Source of the DNA: Syntrophales bacterium
GTDB taxonomy: Bacteria; Desulfobacterota; Syntrophia; Syntrophales; UBA6807
DNA length: 64,000 nucleotides
NCBI GenBank assembly: GCA_040767195.1
Contig: JAXGPA010000001.1
Coordinates: forward strand, 192,001-256,000
Reading direction: 5' to 3'
The notes beneath the pieces were generated by a model. The model saw nothing but the letters and a program-made list of their open reading frames with translations. It was not told where the DNA came from and did not search any database. Shown in pieces: positions 46,426 through 55,145 of the stretch. A program made the position numbers and the translations under genes. Each line of letters opens with the position of its first letter. Positions within the stretch are counted from its first letter, which is position 1.

Positions 46426-47533
46426 CCCGGCCCCCCCAATTCAGCCGCCCCGGCTGCGGAGACTGCTGCGCCGTCTCGTCGACATCTACAGCCCTTCGGG
46501 CAAGGAAGAGGAAATACTGGGCTATCTCTCTGGATACCTGAAGCGGAGCGATCTGCCTGTCACCCGCCAGGACGTGGACGACAGCCGCTACAATCTCCTG
46601 GTCATGCCGCCGGAGATGAACATCCGTCTCGCCTTCGTGGGGCATGTGGACACCGTTTCCGCGTACGACCTGGACAGCTACGAGTACGAGGAGGAAAATG
46701 ACGAGATCTTCGGTCTCGGGGCAGCGGACATGAAGGGTGGCTGCGCCGCCATGATCGAGGCGTACCGGACCGCCTACGAGAAATTCAGGGGCCGCCTCCC
46801 GGCGGCCCTGGTTCTCGTCGTCGGGGAGGAGGAGGAAGGGGACGGGGCCCAGGAACTGGTCCGGGAGTATCATTTTCCCTGGGCCGTCATCGCCGAGCCG
46901 ACAAACCTTCTGCCCTGCCTGGGGGAGTTCGGCTATATAGAAACCCAGGTCGTGACAGGCGGAAAACGCCGCCACGCGTCGCTTGCCAGCCCTGGCCAGG
47001 GCCCCGTGGAGGCCCTGCTCAGGATCCTCATCGAACTGTCGCGGTATCACGAGGAAAAACGGCCCGAACTCATCTACAACATCCGCAACCTCTTCAGTTC
47101 CCCGGAGGGTTTCGTCGTTCCGGACCGGTGCGAGGCCTGGATCGATTCCCACCTGCCGCCGGACGCCCCCATCGGGGACATCACGCTGGAGATCGAGGAA
47201 ATCGTGGAAAGGTACCGCGAAAAAAACCCCCAGCCGGACATGGCGCTCCGCTTCACCACCCTCCACGGCGGGTTCGCCCTCCCGGAAAGAGGACCCGTCG
47301 TGGAAAGCCTCAAGAAGGTTTTTGCGAACCGTTCCCTTCCCTGGAACCCGGAGGTTTTCCGGAGCCACTCGGATGCGAACATCCTCTGGGAGGCGGGGGT
47401 CAAGCCGATCATCCTCGGACCGGGGCAGCTCGAAAAGGCCCACGCGCCGGAGGAATCCATCTCCTTTAACCAGGTCTGCCGGGCGGCGGAAGTTTACCAC
47501 GACATGATGATCGCCCTCGCTTCACCGGATTAG
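46415..47533 (+). CDS. M20 family amidohydrolase (ArgE/DapE-like)
   Basis: GHVDTV, GAADMKGG, GEEE, AEPT, AHAPEE. Confidence 0.85.
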   Translation: MTVDPAPPIQPPRLRRLLRRLVDIYSPSGKEEEILGYLSGYLKRSDLPVTRQDVDDSRYNLLVMPPEMNIRLAFVGHVDTVSAYDLDSYEYEEENDEIFGLGAADMKGGCAAMIEAYRTAYEKFRGRLPAALVLVVGEEEEGDGAQELVREYHFPWAVIAEPTNLLPCLGEFGYIETQVVTGGKRRHASLASPGQGPVEALLRILIELSRYHEEKRPELIYNIRNLFSSPEGFVVPDRCEAWIDSHLPPDAPIGDITLEIEEIVERYREKNPQPDMALRFTTLHGGFALPERGPVVESLKKVFANRSLPWNPEVFRSHSDANILWEAGVKPIILGPGQLEKAHAPEESISFNQVCRAAEVYHDMMIALASPD

Positions 47534-47730
47534 ACAATCACCGCGGGGAAAAGCCCTTCCACCCCTGATTTCAGCGAAACCCCGTCACCCTTCGCCGGGG
47601 TGCCAAATCCGGAAGCCCCGACAAGAGAGACCGGGAGCGTCATAAGACTCTTTTTTCTTGACAGGAAAGGTCCCTTTTCCTATGACGTTCCACCAGGTGG
47701 AACCCTTAAAATCGACAAGGCGGGTGGAAA

Positions 47731-48714
47731 ATGGCAAAAATCAGGATCGGCATTATCGGGTACGGAAACATCGGCAGGGCCGCGGAATGGGCCGTCGAGC
47801 AGAACGGGGACATGGACCTCGGGGTCATCCTGACCCGGCGGGATCCCGGAAAAATAAAGCCCCGGAAAACCGGCGTGGCCGTCGACAGCCTGGACCGGGC
47901 TGGGGCATACGCGGACCGGATCGATGTGGCCATCCTCTGCGGGGGATCGGCGACGGACCTTCCCGAGCAGGGACCCGTCCTGGCGGCCCTCTTCAACACG
48001 GTGGACAGCTACGACACCCACGCCAAAATCCCCGACTATTTCCGGGAAGTGAACCGGGCGGCGCTGAAAGCCGGAAAAACGGCCGTCATCTCCACCGGGT
48101 GGGATCCCGGCCTCTTCTCGCTTCTTCGGGTGATCGAAGAATCCGTTCTTCCTTCTGGAAAAGCCTACACCTTCTGGGGACCCGGCGTGAGCCAGGGTCA
48201 TTCCGATGCCATAAGGCGGGTCCCCGGCGTCCGGGACGGCCGCCAGTACACGATTCCCATAGAGAAGGCCGTCGAACGGGTCCGGTCCGGCGAGGGACCG
48301 GAACTGGCCACCCGGGAAAAGCACCTCCGGGACTGCTACGTCGTCGCCGAAGAAGGCGCCGACCTGGAACGGATCCGCCGGGACATCCAGACGATGCCCC
48401 ACTATTTCTCCGATTATGACACCCGGGTCACGTTCGTCTCCCGGGAGGAAATGGACGAGAAGCACGGCCACATGCCCCACGGCGGCTTTGTCATGCGGAC
48501 AGGCCAAACGGCGGACGGGACCGGCCATGCCGTCGAATTCAGCCTCCGGCTCGAAAGCAACCCGGCCTTCACGGCCAGCGTCCTTCTCGCCTATGCCCGG
48601 GCCGCCTTCCGGCTGAACGGCGAGGGCGTCACGGGCGCGAAAACGGTCTTCGACATCGCCCCGGCGTACCTGTCCCCCCGTTCGGCAGAGGAATTGCGGA
48701 AGGAGATGCTCTGA
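47731..48714 (+). CDS. ddh: meso-Diaminopimelate D-dehydrogenase
   Basis: GYGNIG, CGGSATDLP, GWDPGLFS, FWGPGVSQGHSDAIRR, SNPAFT. Confidence 0.93.
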   Translation: MAKIRIGIIGYGNIGRAAEWAVEQNGDMDLGVILTRRDPGKIKPRKTGVAVDSLDRAGAYADRIDVAILCGGSATDLPEQGPVLAALFNTVDSYDTHAKIPDYFREVNRAALKAGKTAVISTGWDPGLFSLLRVIEESVLPSGKAYTFWGPGVSQGHSDAIRRVPGVRDGRQYTIPIEKAVERVRSGEGPELATREKHLRDCYVVAEEGADLERIRRDIQTMPHYFSDYDTRVTFVSREEMDEKHGHMPHGGFVMRTGQTADGTGHAVEFSLRLESNPAFTASVLLAYARAAFRLNGEGVTGAKTVFDIAPAYLSPRSAEELRKEML

Positions 48715-48817
48715 TTCCAAACCTTCCATTGAAATCCTTTGCAAAAGCGGCGGCCGATCCTGTAGAATGGGGCCATCGTTTTCGAAACCGGCGGGACGTG
48801 AGGGAGGAATCAGGCCC

Positions 48818-49390
48818 ATGAAAAGGAGCTTGGGGAAAAGATTCCGGCTCATCCTGGGAAAGCCCTGGATCCTCAAGCTTCGGTCACGGGCCAAGTACCG
48901 GTACCTGGACATGCTTCTTTCCGTCCTGGCCGCCGCCTTCGAGGTGACAGCCGCCCGGATCCCCGAACTTCGGGAGGAGATCGCCCGGTGGGACGACGGA
49001 AGAACCTTCGCCCTCGGGATCCTTCCCAGCGGCCCCGGAATCACCCTCATCAAGGAAGAGGACCGGGTCCGTTACCTGGGAAAGGGCCTCCGGTCTCCCC
49101 GGGTGTCTTTTCTCTTCAAGAACCTTGACGCCGCGCTGCCCGTTTTTTCCGGCCTCACGGGATCCCACCACGCCCTGGCGGAGTGTCGAATCCTCGTAAA
49201 CGGCAGCATTTCAGACGCCATGGAACTGAACCGGGCCCTGATAGTGGTGCAGACCTACCTGTTCCCGGGCTTCATGCTCAAGCGGATCCTCAAGAGGCCC
49301 CCGAAGCTGGGGTTTCGGCAGATGATCCGCAAGGGCCGGGTTTACGGCGCCCTCCTCCCCGCCCTGTTCCGGCCGGGTTCCGGCGGATAA
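48818..49390 (+). CDS. Hypothetical protein (possibly SCP2-like fold) in the ADH-AOR operon
   Basis: ATG with GGAGG SD, closely spaced before the ADH; fold is a guess. Confidence 0.55.
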   Translation: MKRSLGKRFRLILGKPWILKLRSRAKYRYLDMLLSVLAAAFEVTAARIPELREEIARWDDGRTFALGILPSGPGITLIKEEDRVRYLGKGLRSPRVSFLFKNLDAALPVFSGLTGSHHALAECRILVNGSISDAMELNRALIVVQTYLFPGFMLKRILKRPPKLGFRQMIRKGRVYGALLPALFRPGSGG

Positions 49391-49415
49391 AACGACATCG
49401 AACCGGGAGAAGGAC

Positions 49416-50591
49416 ATGCTTCCCACATACTATCAATTCTACTGTCCCGTCAAAATCCTGTCCGGGGAAAAAGCCCTCGGCAACGTCCCCTTTGAAATGT
49501 CCCTGCTCGGCGTCAACAACGCCATGGTCGTCACCGACCGAGGCGTCGTCGAGGCGGGTCTCGTCACCCCCATCGAATCGGCCTTCGCCGACTCGGACCG
49601 CCGGATCGGCTTCATCTTTGACGAGGTCCCCCCCGACTCGAGCAACCGGGTCGTGAACAAGCTCGCCGCCCTCTTCCGGGAAAAGGGCTGCGACTGCTTT
49701 GTCGCCGTCGGCGGCGGGAGCGCCATGGACACGGCCAAGGGGGCCAACATCGTCGTCTCCCAGGGATCGAGGGACCTTCTCGAACTCCAGGGGGCGGACC
49801 GGATCACGGCGGACCTGAAACCCCTGATCGTGGTCCCCACGACGGCGGGCACGGGCTCCGAGGTCACCCGGGTGGCGGTGATCTTCAACGAGGAAAAAAA
49901 TGTCAAGATGTCTTTCGTTTCCGACAAGCTCTATCCCCAGGTGGCCGTCATCGACCCGGCCATGACGGAGACCATGCCTCCCCGGATCACCGCGGCGACG
50001 GGGATGGACGCCCTGACCCACGCCGTGGAAGCCTTCATCTCCATCCAGAAGAACCCCCTGTCGGACATCTTCGCCTGCCGGGCCGTCGATTTCATCCGCC
50101 GGTACCTCCTCCGGGCCGTGGAAAACGGCAAAGACCGGGAAGCCCGCCTCGCCATGGCCAACGCCGCCCTTTTCGCGGGAATCGCCTTTTCCAATTCCAT
50201 GGTCGGGGTGGTCCACGCCCTGGCCCATGCCGCCGGGGGCGTGGGACGGGTCCCCCACGGCGCCGCGAACGCCCTTCTCCTCCCCTGGGGCCTGGAATAC
50301 AATCTCGACGTCTCGGAGAAGCCCCTGGCGGAACTCTCCTTTTATCTCGGCGGCGCCCCGGGGTTTCTCGACCGGCGTGCCCAGGCGGAACAGACCATAT
50401 CTCTCATCCGTAACCTTCTCGACCGGCTGAACCGGATCTCGGGACTGCCCGTCCGGCTCCGCGATGCGGGCGTCCGGGAGGACCAGCTCCCGGACATCGC
50501 CCGGACGGCGATAAACGACGGAGCCCTTCTTTACAATCCCAGGGAAGTTTCTTACGAGGACGCCTTGAGCATTCTCCGCAAAGCGTTCTGA
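49416..50591 (+). CDS. Iron-containing alcohol dehydrogenase
   Basis: GGGSAMDTAK, PTTAGTGSEVT, DALTHAVE, HALAH, PHG. Confidence 0.92.
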   Translation: MLPTYYQFYCPVKILSGEKALGNVPFEMSLLGVNNAMVVTDRGVVEAGLVTPIESAFADSDRRIGFIFDEVPPDSSNRVVNKLAALFREKGCDCFVAVGGGSAMDTAKGANIVVSQGSRDLLELQGADRITADLKPLIVVPTTAGTGSEVTRVAVIFNEEKNVKMSFVSDKLYPQVAVIDPAMTETMPPRITAATGMDALTHAVEAFISIQKNPLSDIFACRAVDFIRRYLLRAVENGKDREARLAMANAALFAGIAFSNSMVGVVHALAHAAGGVGRVPHGAANALLLPWGLEYNLDVSEKPLAELSFYLGGAPGFLDRRAQAEQTISLIRNLLDRLNRISGLPVRLRDAGVREDQLPDIARTAINDGALLYNPREVSYEDALSILRKAF

Positions 50592-50623
50592 TCTTCCGGC
50601 AAAAGACCGTCATGAGGTGATCC

Positions 50624-52576
50624 ATGTCCCAAAAGAACAGCCTGCCCGGAGGGTACCTGGGACGGATTCTCGTCGTTCACCTGGACACCGGGAAAATCGA
50701 AGAGGAAACGCCTCCCGGCAGCCTCTACGAAAGCCACCTCTCCGGCCTGGGGCTGGCCGGCCGCCTGCTGTACGACCGCATCCCCGCCGGGGCCGACCCG
50801 CTCGGCCCCGAGAACGTCCTGGCCTTCGTTCCCGGTCTCCTGACGGGAACGGGTAGCCTCTTCACCGGCCGCTGGACCGTGGCGGGAAAATCCCCCCTCA
50901 CCGGGGGGTGGGGCGACGCCAACTGCGGGGGCAATTTCTCCCCGGCCATCAAGCAGTGCGGTTATGACGGGATCTTTTTCCACGGTCGAAGCGATCATCC
51001 CGTCTACCTTTCCGTGCAAGACGGAAAGGCGGAGCTTCGCGACGCCCGGGACCTGTGGGGCAAGGACACGGCGGAAACGGAGGAACACCTGGCCGGCTCC
51101 GGGAAAGGGAAAAAGCCCGTCATCGCCGCCATCGGACCGGCAGGGGAAAAACGGTCCCTCATTTCCGGCATCGCCAATGACGGCGGCCGGATGGCCGCCC
51201 GGTCGGGACTGGGGGCCGTCATGGGGGCCAAGAACCTGAAGGCCGTCGTTCTCTCCGGAAAGAGCCGCATCCCCGTCTTCGACCGGGATGCCGTGAGAAA
51301 ACTGAGCAAAGCCTGCAACCGCTGGGTCCAGCTTCAGCCGCCCCTCTTTCCCGGGTCCGTCATGGCCCTCGTGGGCACCCTCTTCCGTCTCCTCCCCGGC
51401 CAGATGGCCCAGGACGGCCTGCTCTACAAGAGCCTCCTCATGAAATGGGGCACGGTGAGCATGAACCAGGCCTCCGTCGAAATGGGCGACACGCCGGTGA
51501 AGAACTGGGCCGGGAACAGCACGGACTATCCCCTGTCGTCCTCCCGGTGGATCGACCCCGATCTCTTCCGGCGGACGGAAATCCGGAAATACCACTGTTA
51601 TTCCTGTCCCCTGGGATGCGGTGCCGTGTGCACCCTCACGGGAAAATTCAACCGGACCCACCGGCCGGAGTACGAAACCGTGGCCGCCTTCGGCCCACTC
51701 TGCCTGAACACGGACACGGACAGCATCTTGTACATCAACGAACTGCTCAACCGGGCCGGCATGGACACCATTTCCGCCGGCGCGACGGTCGCCTTCGCCA
51801 TGGAGTGTTACGAAAAAGGACTTCTCAAGAAATCGGACATGGACGGGATCGATCTCACCTGGGGAAACGCCGATGGCATCATCGCCCTTCTCTACAGGAT
51901 GATACGGCGGGAAGGGATCGGCGACGTGCTGGCCGACGGCGTCCGAAAAGCCGCCGAAAGAATCGGCGGCGGCGCCGGGGAACTGGCCATGCACGCCGGC
52001 GGCCAGGAACTCCCCATGCATGACGGCAGAAACGATCCCGGCTTCGCCCTTCACTACGCCGCCGATCCCGCCCCGGGCCGCCACACCGTCGGCTCTTACC
52101 TGTATTACGAGATGTTCCAGCTGTGGCGGAAACTCCCCTCCCTCCCCAGGCCGGCGAAAATGTATTCGAAAAACCTGAAATACGCCGCCGGCGAGGAAAA
52201 AGCGGTCATGGCGGCGGCCTGCGCCCGGCTCATGAACGTGGCCAACAGCGCGGGCATGTGCCTCTTCGGCCTTTTTCTCGGGGTCCACCGGGTTCCCCTT
52301 TTCGAGTGGCTCAACGCCGCGACGGGCTGGGAAAAAACGGCGGCGGACTACATGGAAGCAGGGACCCGGATTCAGACAGTAAAACAGCTCTTCAATATCC
52401 GCCAGGGCATAGACCCCCGGTCCGTCACCGCTCCCGATCGGACACTGGGCCGTCCGCCCCAGGAAAGAGGAGCCAACCGGAACCGTGAAATCGATGAAAA
52501 GACCCTGAAAAGAGAATACTGGAAGGCTTTCGGGTGGAACCCGGAAACGGGAATTCCTGAAAAGAAACCCCTTTAA
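50624..52576 (+). CDS. aor: Tungsten/molybdenum aldehyde:ferredoxin oxidoreductase family protein
   Basis: KSPLTGG, IGPAGE, GLGAVMGAKNLKAV, CYSCPLGC, EYET, GMDTIS, GMCLF. Confidence 0.9.
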   Translation: MSQKNSLPGGYLGRILVVHLDTGKIEEETPPGSLYESHLSGLGLAGRLLYDRIPAGADPLGPENVLAFVPGLLTGTGSLFTGRWTVAGKSPLTGGWGDANCGGNFSPAIKQCGYDGIFFHGRSDHPVYLSVQDGKAELRDARDLWGKDTAETEEHLAGSGKGKKPVIAAIGPAGEKRSLISGIANDGGRMAARSGLGAVMGAKNLKAVVLSGKSRIPVFDRDAVRKLSKACNRWVQLQPPLFPGSVMALVGTLFRLLPGQMAQDGLLYKSLLMKWGTVSMNQASVEMGDTPVKNWAGNSTDYPLSSSRWIDPDLFRRTEIRKYHCYSCPLGCGAVCTLTGKFNRTHRPEYETVAAFGPLCLNTDTDSILYINELLNRAGMDTISAGATVAFAMECYEKGLLKKSDMDGIDLTWGNADGIIALLYRMIRREGIGDVLADGVRKAAERIGGGAGELAMHAGGQELPMHDGRNDPGFALHYAADPAPGRHTVGSYLYYEMFQLWRKLPSLPRPAKMYSKNLKYAAGEEKAVMAAACARLMNVANSAGMCLFGLFLGVHRVPLFEWLNAATGWEKTAADYMEAGTRIQTVKQLFNIRQGIDPRSVTAPDRTLGRPPQERGANRNREIDEKTLKREYWKAFGWNPETGIPEKKPL

Positions 52577-52878
52577 ATATCCAGCCATGACTTCTAACCG
52601 GACAGGCTGAAAAAAAGCCTCTACCATGGGCCGCGGCTATATGCCGCCAAGGGCGCAGCCGTTTTTCCCTATTATTTTGTGAAAACCCTTGCTTACGGAA
52701 TATTTCCATGTTATAGATTATTACAAGCTTTTATTTGTCCGGAAATATCACAGAGCCTCACCCGATCATCGGGGCCGGTTTTCCATCTTTTATTCCGGTG
52801 ACTTGTCGATCTTTCCGGGGAGTCCGGGCTGAAAAAATAAACTGGTTACCCTGAAAAGAAACCCACGGGGGAAGTGCC

Positions 52879-53547
52879 ATGACGCGAGAAAAAAGAAAAA
52901 CGTTCCCGATGCTTCCGGCGGTTCACTGGTGGTCTCTGCGGAAAAAATTTCAGCGGGAGATCCCCAACGCCGTGACGGATCTATACCTTTCAAAACTGCT
53001 GAAGACAAAACCGGAATCGGTGAAGGTGAATGTCCTTCCCTATCTGAAGGCCATCGGTTTCATCGACGAGCAGGGACTTGTGCAGGACCGGGTGCAGGCC
53101 TGGATCGACAACGACCGCTACGGGGAAGTCTGCACCGTTATCATGGAAGACCTGTACCCCGAAGACTTGAGGAACGCCGTTGCCGACCCGCGGGGAAACA
53201 GGGCGGCCATCGAGGCCTGGTTCAGGGAAAAAACCGGGGCGGGCTCGAGCGCGGTGAAAAGAATGGCTTCTTTTTACTCCCTTCTGGCGGAAGCCGATCC
53301 CTCCAAGGGTAAGAAAGGACGTACCGGCAAGGCCGGTGCCTCTCGAAAGACCAGGCCGCCCCGTCCGAAACCCGTTAAAAAGGAAAAAGCCGCCAAACCG
53401 AAAAAGGCCCCCCGGCCCCCCTCACCGGAACTGGTTCCCGTCAATGTAAACATCCAGGTTCACATACCGTCCAACGCGTCGAAGGAACAGATCCAGGAAA
53501 TCTTCAGGAATATGAACAAATATTTCCATGGAAAATTAAAGCCCTAA
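52879..53547 (+). CDS. DUF5343-like hypothetical protein with Lys/Pro-rich linker
   Basis: LPYLKAIGFID, C-terminal NVNIQVHIP..IQEIF; family assignment from recall. Confidence 0.6.
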   Translation: MTREKRKTFPMLPAVHWWSLRKKFQREIPNAVTDLYLSKLLKTKPESVKVNVLPYLKAIGFIDEQGLVQDRVQAWIDNDRYGEVCTVIMEDLYPEDLRNAVADPRGNRAAIEAWFREKTGAGSSAVKRMASFYSLLAEADPSKGKKGRTGKAGASRKTRPPRPKPVKKEKAAKPKKAPRPPSPELVPVNVNIQVHIPSNASKEQIQEIFRNMNKYFHGKLKP

Positions 53548-53603
53548 AAAACCAACCCGGCGGTGCCGGGAACGACGGGAAGACCCCGGTTCTCCTGCCA
53601 AAG

Positions 53604-53635
53604 AAAACGGCGATGGTGACACCATCGCCGTTTTT
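53604..53635 (+). terminator. Intrinsic (possibly bidirectional) terminator
   Basis: AAAACGGCGATGGT-GAC-ACCATCGCCGTTTT between convergent genes. Confidence 0.75.
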
Positions 53636-53721
53636 CGTCAATTAAACAGGTTGACCGGTCACAGGGAAACGGCCCGGCAGGGCCGGTGGTGACGGCGACA
53701 AGGCGTATGCGAGGAATTCCG

Positions 53722-54828
53722 TCACGGCCCACCGGGGGATTTCTTCGAAATCAGGAGGATCTCTCCGAGATCGAGAATGTGGAACCTCTTTTTGTCCAGG
53801 TTTCTCTCCGAAAGAACCCTTTGAAGTTCCAGGGCGGAAAACCCGGGCGGTTCGTCGCCGAGCCGGAATGTCCCCCACTGGGTCGGTATGAAATGGTCGG
53901 CCTTCAGATCGGAGAAGGCGTCGAGGGCCTCCTCGACATTGACGTGGGCATAGTGCATGAACCAGCGGGGATGATAGGCCGTCGTCGGCAGAAGGGCGTA
54001 GTCGATACCGGGAAATCGTTTCCCGATTTCCCGGTATCCCATGAAATAACCGCTGTCGGCCCCGTAATAGATCGTCACATCCGGTGTGACGATGAGAAAA
54101 CTCGCCCACAGGGTCCGGTTCGTGCCCTCGGTGACCCGGCGAGACCAGTGCTGGGCGGGAAGACAGATGACGGTGGTGCCGTTTCCGCCGTCCAGGGACT
54201 GCCACCAGTCCATTTCATGAACCACCGGTTTGTTTCCCAGATCCCCGATGGACGCTCCGAGGCCCCGGGAAACGTAATACCGCGTCCCTGCGGGCATGGC
54301 CTCGAGGCTCTTCATGTCCATGTGGTCGTAGTGGTTGTGGGAAAGGATCACGTTCACCCTGGGGACCTTTTCCCTGAATTCCTCCAGGGTCATCGCCGGC
54401 GGCGTGAACCGTTTCGGAAGAAGGGCCCGCTCGGAGAACATGGGGTCGGTAATCCAGTATTCTCCGCCGAGACGGATCAGAAAGGTCCCGTGGCCGATCC
54501 AGACGATGAAATCGGTGTCGCCGGGGAGGCTCCCGATCCGTGCCGGGAGATCGGGGATCACCGGGGGAAGATGCCCTTCCTCCGCCGGCGTGTAGGAGCT
54601 CTTTTCCGTGAGGCGCCATCTCAGCAAGGTCAGAAGGCTCTTTTCTTCCATGGGCATCCAGGGGTTGAAATAGCGGCCGTCCCGGAAGTGGGGGGCATAG
54701 AGGAGAGCGGGGTCGGTCCTGTGCACCTTTTCCCGCCAAAGGTCATCGTCGAAGGGAGGGGGTTTCCACAGGCACGAATACAAAAAAAGAGCCGAAAGGA
54801 GAGCAAAGCCGATCCGCATCTTCTTCAT
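53722..54828 (-). CDS. MBL-fold metallo-hydrolase (NAPE-PLD/RomA-like), probable lipoprotein
   Basis: LYSC lipobox-like, WIGHGT, SHNHYDHMD, PAQHWS, DSGY. Confidence 0.85.
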   Translation of the reverse strand: MKKMRIGFALLSALFLYSCLWKPPPFDDDLWREKVHRTDPALLYAPHFRDGRYFNPWMPMEEKSLLTLLRWRLTEKSSYTPAEEGHLPPVIPDLPARIGSLPGDTDFIVWIGHGTFLIRLGGEYWITDPMFSERALLPKRFTPPAMTLEEFREKVPRVNVILSHNHYDHMDMKSLEAMPAGTRYYVSRGLGASIGDLGNKPVVHEMDWWQSLDGGNGTTVICLPAQHWSRRVTEGTNRTLWASFLIVTPDVTIYYGADSGYFMGYREIGKRFPGIDYALLPTTAYHPRWFMHYAHVNVEEALDAFSDLKADHFIPTQWGTFRLGDEPPGFSALELQRVLSERNLDKKRFHILDLGEILLISKKSPGGP

Positions 54829-55023
54829 TCAATGATGTCCTTGTCTTTCTCGTTTTTTTTCCGGCTTTCCTGTCCTTTCCGGACCCCGTGACCCCTGCCG
54901 GTTCATGGCCTTTTCTTATCAGTATAAACATGAAAAAGGAAAGGTAAAGGACACCCGGCGGCTGTCGCCCCGGCATTCCCGTATTGACGGATTTTGAAAG
55001 GTATGCCAGATAGAGAACGTCGA

Positions 55024-55064
55024 CGGTTGGAAAAACCGGGTTGCGTGGCGGAAGACCATGGGCC
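55024..55064 (+). ncRNA. Candidate Na+-sensing (DUF1646-type) riboswitch aptamer
   Basis: CGGTT-GGAAA-AACCG directly followed by GGTTGCGTGG-CGGAAGA-CCATGGGCC in the leader of a TrkA-domain channel gene. Confidence 0.5.
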
Positions 55065-55145
55065 GAAACGAGAAAACCGGACCCCGCCGTATCGACAGAA
55101 ACGGGCTGAAACCCTTTCATGACCTTCAAAGAACCGGGGAGCTCC

